Source: Chrysemys picta bellii
Lineage: Eukaryota
NCBI RefSeq assembly: GCF_011386835.1
Contig: NC_088800.1
Span: forward strand, 85,498,001-85,562,000
Direction: 5' to 3'
DNA length: 64,000 bases
The notes under the pieces were generated by a model, which was not told the origin of the DNA, searched no databases, and saw nothing but the letters and a program-made list of their open reading frames with translations. A program made the position numbers and the translations under genes. Each line of letters starts with the position of its first letter. Position 1 is the first letter of the stretch. Below, piece by piece: positions 11,201 to 31,100 of the stretch.

Positions 11201-14200
11201 AGTGTGAGCCTGGGTCTATAGTTATGAATAGGTCCCTTTCCGATCTAATAAAGTAGGCTTTGCCCCCTACATTTAGTCTGTGGCAGAGCTAGTTGGTTTC
11301 ACAAAGAAATAGAATCCAATTTTTCATGAGAACATCCCTGCTCCCCGAGACGTCTCCTCAGTGAAAGGACACAGAGGACGTTTCCTTTCTCTGGGTTATA
11401 CTGAAATAGTTTTTTATTTCTGTTCATAGTCAGGGAAAACCTCATGTTATAATATTCCTTTTTTTACCTTCCAGAGAGTTTGATTGATTGCAGTTGTCTC
11501 TGATGTTTTTCCATTGAAAGTCTTGGTATTGGCAAGGTTAAGCAGTTGAGCCTTGCACTGCATCACCAGCTAAATGGCCGGGTGACAACTCGCTCCTGCC
11601 TGAATGCACCATCACTGATACCTGTTACCTCGGTGACTAAGTTTTGCTCCAAGTCCATAAAATATATTTTCAATATTATTCCTTACACATTACCTGTATA
11701 TACATCTCACAGTGAGTGTGACTCTAGACAAGTTATGAGCTTTCGGTAGGTACCTTACATGTTACTATGGATAAATATCCTGTATGACATGTTTGATGTA
11801 ATGAGTTCGTCAGGTGTGAGGTGAGAGTTGTTTACAAAGAATAGGGGACCTTTTGCCAAAGGGTCTCTGTGTTACAGTAATTACATTGTGTCTCCCTAAA
11901 ATCCCTTCTGAAGTTTCAGTTGGAAATAAGATTCTTCACATCCTGCTCAAAGCTATTGTGTAGTGCTGGTATGTGCTGTCAAACAGCTGCTGTGGGTAAA
12001 CACCATTGCAGTGTTAAGTGTAGACAACTCTAAGACCCAGAAGTAAGGTGACTTGTTCAAGGCCACAAAGCAAATCAAAGAAATGGAAGATCTTAGTGTA
12101 AACTCTCATCTCATCTGACTTCTCTTGTTTGTGTTCATTTTGTTGCCAGATCACGTAACCTTCAGTGCCAACGCATTTTCCAAGTGAATGCTCCTATTAA
12201 TTGTGTCTGCTTGCATCCCAACCAGGTAAACGCAGTCTCTTTTGGACTTACCAGACCTATTCTTGATCAGGGAAGGTTTTACAGATGTTCTCTTCCTTGT
12301 TAAAAATCTGATGTGCTACATCATTTTATGTTGGCAGTTATTACAGCAAATGCTCTTGTATATGACAATATTTTCTCCTCTGTTTATAAAGCTGAGGGCT
12401 TCCTGGCTGGCTGTGTGAGTCAGATAATTAGTGTCAGCAAGATCTGAGTTCCCCAACTGTTGTAATTAATTTAATACCTTCCACTCTTTGTGTTGAAGGA
12501 TAGTAGAGTGCCTTACAAACCATGCAGCCTCCCAGCACCTGAGACAGAGAAACCATGGCCTGGTCTACACTGGAAAATTAGATTGGTTTAACTATGGTGG
12601 TGGGAGATGTGAAAAATCCACACCCCTGAGTGGCATCAAGCTGACCTAAGTCCCCGGGATAGATAGCACTAGGCTGACAGAAGAATTTTTCCATCAACCT
12701 AGCTACCGCTTCTCTGTGAGGTGGAATACCTACATGGACAAGAGAACCCCTCCTGTTGCTGTAGGTAATGTCTGCACTGAAGTGCTACAGCAGCACAGCT
12801 GCGCCATTGTAGTGTGTTTAGTGGAGACAAGCCCTGAGACACAGAAATAAGGTGATTTGTTGAAGACTATAAAGCTAATCAAAGGCAGAGACAGGATTAG
12901 AACCCACTAGTCTTGATGTCCAATCTCTGCTCTAACTACTAGATGCTGGGGTTGCTACAAAGGGTGGTCAGAGTCCAAGATATTATAATACTTTTGAGCC
13001 AGATAATGACCCGTCTCCACGAAGAGTGAAGTTTTGCAAGTATGGTAGATGAGTTACTTCTATGATTGTTCAGTGCTTCTCTGAGCACTAGATGGCATGA
13101 CTGGATAAGCATCATAGTGCGGGATTGTTACGGAAGCAATGCTGCCATTTGTTGCTGCGGATCCACTTCTTGGTGTACTGTGCATGGTATCTGTTTGTTA
13201 ATGATGATCTGCTGAACTGAGACACAGGCGCCCTGCTCCATGGAAATGTTCTGCACTCCCTGTGTTGTGAAAGCAAAACATCCCTTGTGCAGTAAATAAA
13301 AAAGGTGCTCAGAACTTTTTTCATTTTTTCATTCTTACTCAGATTGCCTCTTGGATTCTTTCAAGGATAATTTGGTGGCTGATTTTGAATTTTAATCCTG
13401 TTTAAAAATGATATATTTCTGCTAGTGGAGGCATAAAACTTATGACTTGCACGTTAAACATGTTTAAAACTGTAGCTGTTATTGGGCTGATTTCCCCCTA
13501 AAATCTCCCTGCAAGAAGGACAATGTTTGTGGGCTTTTTCTTAAAATTTTGTATTTCACTCTGCTGAGACAATGCAAATAGACCATGTGATTTCACTTCT
13601 ATTTTGATAATCCATGTGAAGTCAATTTCATATTATCTACAAGCTCAAGGCTCCAATGTTTGAGTCACAAACATTGCAATGAAAAGTTTATTTGTCTTGA
13701 AAAACAAACCATTGTCATTTTAGGGGGGGAAATCACAAATATAAATATGCCTATCTCATAGCACTGGAAGGGACCTTGAGTCCAGTCCCCTGCCTTCACT
13801 AGCAGGACCAACTACTGTCCCTGACAGTGTGTGGTGTTTTTTGTCATCCTCCCCCTCAAGGATTGAGCTCACAACCCTAGGTTTAGCAGGCTAAGGCTCA
13901 AACCACTGAGCTATCCCTCCACCAAACAAACACTTCCTTGGCCTCCTTATGTTTATGCCTCTGTATTCCACGTGGAACATAGGGCCTTCATTGCTGTCTT
14001 CCTTTGTTGCTGGTCTTCTTCTTCAGTCTTAGTTTCTTCCCATGTCATTTTGATAGCTTTCAGTTCTGCTTCTGTTGTGTGTTTTCGTGTTATCCTTGGT
14101 CTCTACCTTGTCGCCTCTTGCCCGGGGGTTCCAATCCAATGCCTGTCTTTTGTTTTTCAGATCTTTCTCCGTGGATGTACTAATAATCTCCAATTTTGTT

Positions 14201-17200
14201 CTGTATTTTCCTCTTCTATCTGTTTCTGTTTCATCCTTTTCCAGAGTTCTTGGCTTGTAACTTTTTCTGCCCATCTGATATTGAGGATTTATCTAAGGCC
14301 ACTAACTGTGAAAACTTGGAGTTTAGATCATAAGAAATCTCCAAGTTTCAGCACCATATAGTAAGATCAACTTTACAATGATGATCAAATATTTAAGTTT
14401 AGTTTGGAGCGCAAGGTTTCAGTTTCTCCAGATGGGCTTTAGAGTTACAAAGGCATGTTTGGTTTTTGCTGTTCTAGCTTTAATGTCTTCACCTGCTCCA
14501 CCTTTAATACTTACAATGCTGCCAAGATATGTGAAATATCAGACCGCTTCTGTGTCAGTCCCAGGAAGTGTTATTAGTACTTTGTGTTCAGTCTTATGGT
14601 TTTAGATTTCTCTCTGTTGATTGTTCAGCTCTATTAATTGTGCAAAAGCCTGAAGATGTTTGGTTTTGTAAAAGCTTAATTTTGCAAGAGCTGAATTTTG
14701 GATTATATCGGTGATGACCTTCACCTAATTAATATTGTTTGTACAGTGACAGTGCTTGAAAATGGAAAGTTTTATATTAGTATCCAATATTGTACACAAT
14801 TTTTGCATTTGAAAACATGGCTAAGCAGAACACTACAGTGCTGTAAGAAGGACATTAGTTCAAGAGCAAATCAGAGTAAATTAGCACAAAGAGAAGGAAA
14901 TACTTATTCATATAGTGTCATCAACCTGTGTAACTCACTGCCGCAGGATGTAATAGACTCAGGTTCTGGAGATAATTTTTTTTTTTTTTTATAGAGGCCT
15001 GGATAATCTAATGACCTGTTCTAAGATTTGGGGCAATCAAATTTCATTACTAAGGGTGGAAGCTGATCACTGGAGATATCAGGGAGAAATTATTGCTCTG
15101 CCCTATTGGCTAATTACATTATGGGCAGTAGTCATCTGTCTCAGAAGCAATAGTTGTTGCTCACTGTTGGACACAGAACAGGGGACTAGATTGACCAGTG
15201 ATCTGATCCAGCATAACACATCCTATAGTGACTTGTGACCCTGAGAAAATCATTTAGGCCCACAGTTTGAAAAGTATTCACTAACTTTTCGGTGCCCACC
15301 TGGACCTCTAGAGCCTGATTTTTCAGAGGTGCTGAAGTGGACTTCAGCTAGAGTTGTAGGCGCTCAGTGCTTCTGAAAATCAGGCTCCAGATGTCTGTAG
15401 GTGGGTGCAGAAAATTAACGGACACTTGTGAAAATGTCGGCCGTAATCTTTCTGCCCCCGTTTCCCATCTGTAACATGAGGACAGTATTTCTCTACCTTG
15501 CGGCGTGCAGCGAGGATTAACTAGTGAACGTTTGTACAGCGAGATGGAAATCTAAAGGATTGAATAGGAAAATCGAGACTTCTTAAACGAGAGTGGCAGC
15601 TGCATATGATGCCCCTTTTCTCGGGAATGCTACACACAGACATTTACCCCAGTTGGTGTTTCTGAGCATTATGGAGAATTTGTTTGTTTGTTGCAGGCTG
15701 AGCTAATTGTAGGTGATCAGAGTGGTGCCATTCACATCTGGGACCTGAAAACAGACCACAATGAACAACTCATTCCAGAGCCTGAAGTTTCTGTCAATTC
15801 AGTTCATATTGACCCAGATGCCAGTTACATGGCAGCTGTCAATAGTTCGGTAAGTACAGCTGGAGAAAGGGAATATGAATTGTCGCTGCTGCAGCAACGC
15901 ATTAGAAGTCGGCCTGCCTTTGCATATCAACACTTTGCTTCTGTGCATGTGTCTGATGTGCAAAGTTCACTGTATCATGGAGCAGGAGGTGGTGAGTACT
16001 TGGATATAAAGATCAAAAGGGGTGGTGCTTAAATCTCTCCTGATCTCTTGCAGCAATAATGTCTCTCTCTCTTCGTAGGGCAATTGTTATGTCTGGAATT
16101 TAACAGGTGGCATTGGAGAGGAGGTAACTCAGCTAATCCCCAAGACCAAAATTCCAGCACACAACCGCTATGCCCTTCAGTGCAAGTTCAGCCCTGATTC
16201 CACGTGAGTGTCTTGCCAGCGTAGCTATTTACTGGTGGCTAAAACAAAAGAGTCCTTTCAAGTCGGGTACCAGGGGACTGGCTGTGCCCCCAGCTGTTGA
16301 CATAATGCTGGCTCCGTAGCAGCATTCCAGCTGCCCGAGAGAGTGGCTGAGGAGGGAGCTGAGTTATCAGTTGGACGACTGTCACTTATTTCCCTGTTTT
16401 TTGCTTAATGATCTCAGAAGTGCTCTGGGACGTTTCAACCCTTTTTACGGTTGGGAGAACCAGAGTTGCATTTACACCAGAGATCTGGTTTACTGATCTC
16501 TCTGTGAGTGAAAGTCTCTCTCTCTACCCTCTTGCATTAAGGAGGGCAGATGGCGACCGTTGTCCTCTAATACCAGGTTGGGGAAGCAGCCTGTGAAGCC
16601 TGCCGGCCCCAGCATGCTGTGCTTCATCAGTTTCTTGCCAGTCCAGAACCAGCTGAGTGAGTCATAGAATCATAGAATCATAGAACATCAAGATTGGAAG
16701 GGACCTCAGGGGATCATCTAGTCCAACCCCCTGCTCAAAGCAGGACCAATCCCCAGACAGATTTCCCTAAGTGGCCACCTCAAGGATTGAACTCACAACC
16801 CTGGGTGTAGCAGTCATTTAGAAGCATAGTACCAAATCGTAAACGTGTACATATCTCTCTCCCCTCTTTCCCTCCCAGGCTCTTAGCTACCTGTTCTGCA
16901 GACCAGACATGTAAGATCTGGAGGACTTCAAACTTCTCTCTAATGACAGAGCTGAGCATTAAGAGTAACAACCCAGGAGAAACCTCCCGTGGTTGGATGT
17001 GGGACTGCGCGTTTTCTGGGGACTCTCAGTATATTGTCACCGGTAAGACATGCGTCACTGGCCGGATATCCCAAGAATCTCTGGGAGGGAGGGAGGCCTG
17101 TATAGCATCACAGGATTTGTTGACCTCTCTAGCTTGAGGTGATGCCAATTCACAATGCTTCAAAGCGGCAGACTTCCCCCATTCATGCCAAATGCATCTG

Positions 17201-17955
17201 GTCCAAGGGAAGGGAAGATCCCTTCCTTCCTCCCACACAGAAAGCATGTGATCCATCACTCATACGCTCTTCCGCTATACCATATAGTTGACTAATTCTC
17301 TTAGCTATTTTTACCTGTTTGTTTTTTAAACATAAAACCTATTGCATCTTGTTTTAATCAGACACAAGCCTCATGTTTGCTCTGGCGTTGGAGCTGTGTT
17401 GGCCCCCAGGATATTAGAGAGACAAGATGGGTAAGGTAATATGTTACTGGACTGACTTCTGTTGGTGAAAGAGACAAGCTTTCTAGCTAATACAGAGCTC
17501 TTCTTCAAGTCTGGACCTGACCTCCTTTAGACCGGAAGAAGAGCTCTGTGTAAGCTTGAAAGCTTCTCACTCCCCAACAGAAGTTGGTCCAATAAAAGAT
17601 ACTACCTCCCCCGCTTTGTCGCTTTAATATAAACCTAACGTGCATTGTGTTTTTCCATGTGGTAAGGAGGTAGCCTGAAATGTGTGTGGCCATTTCAGTA
17701 TTTTCAAAGCACTGCCTGTGAGTATTCCATGCTGTATGGAACACTGCAGTACATATTCCCAAGGATGTTTACAAGAAAAAACAGGCACAAGTGTGACATT
17801 TCCTTGTGGTCAATATCTCTTCATTTCCCTTTCCAGCCTCCTCAGATAATTTGGCCAGGCTTTGGTGTGTGGAGACAGGCGAGATCAAGAGGGAATACAG
17901 TGGCCACCAGAAAGCAGTCGTCTGCCTCGCTTTCAATGATAGCGTGTTGGGATAA
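8024..17955 (+). CDS. MLST8: Target of rapamycin complex subunit LST8 (WD40 beta-propeller), 326 aa, 8 coding exons
   Basis: Exons 8024-8152, 9798-9849, 10228-10390, 12150-12225, 15697-15849, 16079-16203, 16879-17042, 17837-17955 total 981 nt (326 aa + stop). All introns are GT..AG with consistent phases. Translation runs [32 protein letters not shown]...[14 protein letters not shown], matching vertebrate mLST8 as I recall it. Confidence 0.98.
8153..9797 (+). other. MLST8: U12-type (minor spliceosome) GT-AG intron of MLST8
   Basis: 5' splice site GTATCCTT at 8153-8160. Branch site CCTTAAC at 9779-9785, 10-12 nt before the TAG acceptor (9795-9797), with no polypyrimidine tract between them. 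Confidence 0.92.
10490..10777 (+). mobile_element. AmnSINE1-like 5S-derived SINE, 5' part
   Basis: GCTAAGCAAGG...TGGTCAGTACTTGGATGGGAGACC is the 5S rRNA internal-promoter region. It continues into TGGAGGTGCC, AGGTCCTGGCCA and GATCATTAGAGATTCC, resembling AmnSINE1/Deu-domain sequence as recalled. Confidence 0.75.
10778..11876. mobile_element. Solo LTR (~1.1 kb)
   Basis: Termini TGTGACA...TGTTACA, flanked by GTAAC/GTAAT (5-bp TSD, 1 mismatch). It cleanly interrupts the AmnSINE1-like copy. Confidence 0.75.
11877..12005 (+). mobile_element. AmnSINE1-like SINE, 3' part
   Basis: GTAATTACATTG..CCTAAAATCCC..GTTTCAGTTGG..TTCTTCAC..TTGTGTAGTG..AAACAGCTGC resumes the consensus where the 5' part stops. 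Confidence 0.7.
12557..12834. mobile_element. PIF/Harbinger-like MITE inserted in MIR-like sequence
   Basis: Ends GGCCTGGTCTACACT...AGTGGAGACAAGCCC. MIR-like sequence follows at 12840-12945. Confidence 0.65.
13743..13920 (-). mobile_element. Tortoise PolIII/SINE (tRNA-Lys head, CR1-like 3' end)
   Basis: The minus strand reads GGAGGGATAGCTCAGTGGTTTGAGCC..GCTAAACCTAGGGTTGTGAGCTCAATCCTTGAGGGG, followed by a CR1-type tail (GGTCCCTTCCAGTGCTATGAG). Confidence 0.8.
13940..14340 (-). mobile_element. Decayed RTE-clade LINE, ORF C-terminal region
   Basis: Minus-strand translation includes KRQALDWNP, a motif typical of RTE/RTEX-type ORF ends; frameshifted. Confidence 0.55.
14860..15227 (+). mobile_element. 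CR1 LINE 3' fragment
   Basis: [13 protein letters not shown]-like translation and 3' end GGACTAGATTGACCAGTGATCTGATCCAG. Confidence 0.7.
15445..15540 (-). mobile_element. MIR-type SINE fragment
   Basis: GTTTCCCATCTGTAACATGAGGA resembles the MIR core. Confidence 0.6.
16662..16812 (-). mobile_element. Tortoise PolIII/SINE, 5'-truncated, with (GATTCTAT)n tail
   Basis: CATAGAATCATAGAATCATAGAA 8-bp tail, GGAAGGGACCTC..ATCTAGTCCAACCCCCTGC, then CTCAAGGATTGAACTCACAACCCTGGG. Confidence 0.8.
17415..17626. mobile_element. Palindromic Penelope-like element relic (inverted pseudo-LTRs) with hammerhead-like motifs
   Basis: Arms ~17415-17512 and ~17529-17626 are imperfect inverted repeats. Each carries a degenerate CTGAAGA-stem-GAAAGCTT motif. 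Confidence 0.7.
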
Positions 17956-18174
17956 CGTGCATGCGTTGGAGAGAAGGGACCACTGCTCATTCAGTTGCCT
18001 TCTCATGACAAGTATCCTACCTAGAGTATGTGGAACATACATTTGTAACCAACCCCCCTCTCTGATAGGAGACGGCTGAATCTTCAGCAGAAGCAATATT
18101 CAGCCTGGAATGAGAACAGGCTTCAGCTTTAAGCAAAGCAAAACTGAAGTAATCTTAAATTGAGAGGGGTCGTG

Positions 18175-18535
18175 GGTGGGAGTGGACACAGCACCTTTCA
18201 CCTCCACTTTGCCTGTTCACATCTAGCTCAGGTAATTAGCAACTGGAAGCGGTTCTGTGCAGATGAGTGTTCAGGGCCTGTGTGAAATAGGCTGATGCGC
18301 TCAGTCCAAATCCTAGTGGATGCACAGCCAAACCCACGAACATCCAGCACATTTGGCACTAATTGGTCTCCTTGTTCAGTTTCAGCAGCAAGGCAAAGGA
18401 CTGGATGGGCCATGGAGACTGAATTCCTCTTACTGCTACAGAGCAGGGCTGAGGCAGGTTGTGAGGGAAGCTGGCCCTGCAGTGCCTTTGCGGACAGAGA
18501 GAGGCCTTCACTCTCCAGGGCTGTCAGTCAGGCAG
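18175..18535 (+). mobile_element. Near full-length LF-SINE-like relic in the MLST8 3' UTR
   Basis: Collinear blocks CCTTTCACCTC, GCCTGTGTGAAAT, CTCAGTCCAAATCCTAGTGGA, GGCACTAATTGG, GGGCCATGGAGACTGAA, CAGGGCTGAGGCA and CTCCAGGGCTGTCA. Confidence 0.7.
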
Positions 18536-19323
18536 CAGCAGGACATCTCCCATTACTGTCTCAAAAGGAAATGGAAGCAGCTGGAGATTGCCCTTGTGAC
18601 ACTCTATCTTGTTCAAGTCAAAGAGGACCAGTAAACATCATCTGGCAGCTTGTACTGGATTTTTACATCACAGGAAGGCACTGTCTTGAATTGAGACTGC
18701 TGCAGTATTGAATAAGCCTCCAGCTGTTGGGGTTGCCTATGAATTTTCTGTTAGCTGTAGCAGTGCTACCCCTGATGGATGGCTAGATAGATGGATGTCT
18801 GCTCTTAAAGGAGCCTTCCTTCAGATCGGCGGTTTGGAACGTGCAGTGGCGTGACTAGAGCAGGGTTAAGGAGAGAGAGAAAATAAAGGAGCTGTGGGTA
18901 GGTGGTGCTTTGTAAGTGCCTGGGCGTTTAATGCACCAAGTACCCTGACTAATGGACTCAGCCTTGGATGCCCATTTCTTTGTTAGAATAAAGCATTGCC
19001 TGTAACGTTTCCTTGGAGTAAAAGGAAACTGCCCCCTTTTCCTCACCCCAGCACTTCTCTCGGGGAACAGACTGAAACGTAGTTGAATAGGGTGCCCAAC
19101 TCAGAGGCATTTTACTCAACCCCTTTTAGTGCAGGGAAGGTGGAGACAGTGTAGCTCGATGAGCCCCCATACGGCCTCTGCACCACTGAGGGTGCAACGA
19201 AAGTCTTTGTAAGTTCCTCTATGCGGCGGGGAAGACGCCAGCAGTCTCTCGGGTGGAAGCTGGAATGAATCATTTTGAAAGGGGATCAGAGGAGCAACAA
19301 CCATTTCCTCATTTTGGAGTCAC

Positions 19324-19329
19324 TTTATT
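19324..19329 (-). terminator. Candidate polyadenylation signal of BRICD5
   Basis: TTTATT on + (AATAAA on -) about 440 nt past the BRICD5 stop. Confidence 0.5.
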
Positions 19330-19512
19330 TAAGTCAATTGCACAGACTTAGCAGGGGAATTTTAGACAAAAACCGTGTTAAGTGATTCAAAACAAAATCT
19401 TTTTTTGTTGTACACTTGTACATGCAGCCCCGAGCCGAGCCTGTCCCCTCCCTATGTGATGTGATTACGCTGTATGCATGTTTACGGGGCACAGTCCAGG
19501 CAGAGGGTTGTA

Positions 19513-19518
19513 AATAAA
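19513..19518 (+). terminator. Candidate distal polyadenylation signal of MLST8
   Basis: AATAAA with several upstream TGTA elements (19410-19512) and GT/T-rich sequence downstream. Other AATAAA hexamers occur at 18882 and 18987. Confidence 0.55.
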
Positions 19519-19764
19519 ACGTGTATATATATTGACAGAGCTGCAACATGTTTTTGGAAATAGTCCTGTTTAATTAGAACCCTTCTGGTGCTTTCCCAAC
19601 CTCTGAAATTGCATCATGAAATCAGGGTTGGAGCCTTTCAGAGGGTAGTTATCTGAATAACTTAGACATTAACTTATTTAAGTCAGAGGCTTTTCAGGAT
19701 TTAAATTCAAGTACAAAGCGAAATGGGGGGTGGGGGGGAGAGATCAGTCCCCTTGGAGCAGGGC

Positions 19765-28113
<8,349 letters not shown>

Positions 28114-31100
28114 CCTTCCAGTCTAGACGCAGCCCTTGCTCCTGCGGCTCCGTCTCCTGATAATGTACAGATTGTGCATGATCAGAACCCTCTGAATGCA
28201 GCTGGAAATGAAGAATGTGTCCATCACAGCCAAATAGACTCCCTACTCCAGCCTCTCAGCTCAGAGAAACCCACGGGGAGGCTGAAACTTTAGATCCAGT
28301 AAATGGGGGAAAAACGTACTGTGGAGAGATACTGTCATTGGCATAAAGATGCTCTTCCTGCCTCCCCTTGTGAGTCAGCTGAAGGTATTCAATTGGAACA
28401 CAATCACGGGCTTTGTGCAGGGCCTTCTGTGTTATCCAGCCACACTTATGGCAACTGCCAAGTCTTATTTATTAGGGGAAAATGAATAGGGGAGAGCAGC
28501 CATATGCCCTTGTTATCTAATTACTTTTACATTTCAAAGTGAATGTAATGCTGGTCAGATAGCTCTGGGAGGCTGAAGTCAAACTGTTTATCTCTAGGTC
28601 TGATGAGGATGAATTGATTTAAATCAAAGCTATTTTAATCAGGTTTTGCATTTGTACTTTTTAGTTATTTTCCTAAGGAAACTGGTTCCAAATTCTCATT
28701 GGTTGGTAATCCTTGAAACAAGCTGATTTGCAACTAAATATAGCCTTTACACCAAACTGGTGCTTCTTTTTGCTAACCAAGAGAATACAATAGATCTATC
28801 CACCTTTAAGATATTATACAGCTTAAGGTACATTTATTCAGATTCTTAATTTTTACATTTAAGAAGTTAAATTATGAATAATTTTTCTAGTGGTTTGTAT
28901 GAATAGTCAAATTCAATTTAAAAGGACAAAACAGCATTTTTCAAAAAAATTAATAAAACTATCTTAAATGTGCTGGATACAGAAGAAAAATGTTTATCAA
29001 AATATTATTTAATAAATCAGTTTTAAGTGCAAAAGAAGTATCTGTAATTAGTGAATTGAACTGATGGTTTCTGGTCATCACATCCTTCAAGATTTTCGAT
29101 CTAGTAGATCTCATCCTCCCATATTTAGTTTTTTCCCCATAGATTGGGGGAGAAAAACAAGCTTTTTAAACTGCCAATTGGTTTATAACTTTGAATGATC
29201 TAAGTCATTGCCCTGAACTAGTTGAATAAATTGAAATGAAGAAAACATTCTCTCTGCACCTGCAGAAGAGGCTATGGGGGTCAGAAGTTGATTTAGCACT
29301 TCAACAGACTCTGGTTCCAAGTGCTTAGCCAGTGACTTCCAGCAGTTCAGTGATTTGTCTCTTTAAAATTAGCAGCAAATAAGTACAGCTAAATATTATT
29401 TGTGTATTTAAATAGATTTAACAGACTATAGTAAGTTTAGGCCTCAACATAGATTAATTTCAAATTTAATTTTAAATAGATTTAAAAAAAATTATCACCC
29501 AGAGACTGATGCAGCACAGGTCATCGCAGTACAGATTTGCCCCAGCTATGTATCTCAGCTACTTTAATGAGCTTAGTCCAGTTCCCAGTGAAGAGGTACC
29601 TGCATTGCAAAGCTACCACCACTACCAATCACCCTCCCTGGCAGCCAAAGACAACAGGATCCATATGTTCTAGTACTTAGGTATACAGCTTTTCCTATTG
29701 GATGTCAGTTTTATAAGTTGACTGATACCAGGTATTTTGTGTATCCCGGTAGGGTTAGCTAGAGCTCAGAAATGTGGCCACATCAAGCCCAACCTCTATT
29801 ATAATAAATGCTATGGGCTTCATCATGGCCCTATAGAGGGCCCTCTTTAAAGAGGATCTTACACAAGTAAGACTTTTGTACATCATACAACCACTAGTTT
29901 ACCCAGGGATCTAGAAGAGTAATGCAGCAGTTTCCTTGTACTCCTAACAACCTGAGCAGGCTGTCTTGAATTTTCATAACAAGTTGGGATAAGGCTAAGT
30001 CTTACTGCAGGAGCAAGTCCAAGATGGCTGGTCATTGGGTTTTTCATTCCTTTTGAAGCACCTGGCCTGCTTCCCACATTGCTTCTCAATGTTTGATTGT
30101 GCAGGGGAGCAAAGAGGGCTTCACCCTTGTTATCTGGGACCCACTAGTTTGTTAGAAAGATAAAAAAAGGGAAACTGACAGTGGAGAGAGTTGTGCTTCT
30201 TCTCATTCTATTGTTACTTCTGTATGGCTTGAAAATTCAGAGAAGACAGGGTGAAGTTAATGTACTTGAAATCAAGGATACAAAGTGCTCTAGTGATACA
30301 TAATTAAGAAAGCATGCCTACATTCTGCTACAGCCAGAGAGTTACCTGGCCACTTTTCTCATTCCTTTCAAGATTTAAAAGTAGTAAGAGGAAATAACTT
30401 CAGCACGTGCCGGCATTGTGAAATACCGTGGCACAATAACATGTTCCTTAAAGGAAGTAGCTTCAGCTCTGATGAAAAAAGAGTAGGCAGTGATGCAATT
30501 TAACCACACTGGTTAGTTCTGCAAGAGTAACTACTGACCAACATTGTAACACTTTCACTCTACCCTTCTTTCAAACAAGTTTATACCACATATATGCTGT
30601 CAGAGATAGAAAAGTCAAGTGAAATCGTTCACAAATTTTTCTAATTTATCTGAACAAAAAGGGGCAGGAACCTGCTTAGCCATACTGAGCAAGATATTTT
30701 GTTTGAAAATGCAAGAATGTGAAAATGCTACCCAGGTCATAGGCTTCTACAACCCACTCATTGCTGGATCTAGGTATTGAAAATGGAGAATAAGATTGAG
30801 TGAATATTAGTTCTAAAAAATAGAGTTAGCAATATAACAGCATATGTATTTCACCACTTTAGAGGCAATATTTCATGTTGTTGTAACATTACATGTAAAC
30901 ACAGAACAGACCACAGAAACAATGAGAAAAGCCAGAGGGAAAACAGGTTTGTAAGTTTAATGTAAATTCAAGTATAGTATTGACAACTCCAACAAAATTT
31001 ATATGGAGACTCTTTAAGCATAATAAATGCTGTCACCAATACAGTTCCACAATACTTAGGGAAAGACAGAATGAATAGAGGTAATGGTGCCATTGTATAG

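Noticed and set aside
13855-13920. Possible tRNA-Lys gene on the minus strand
   Set aside because: It is the head of a SINE joined to a CR1-type tail and lacks a complete acceptor stem.
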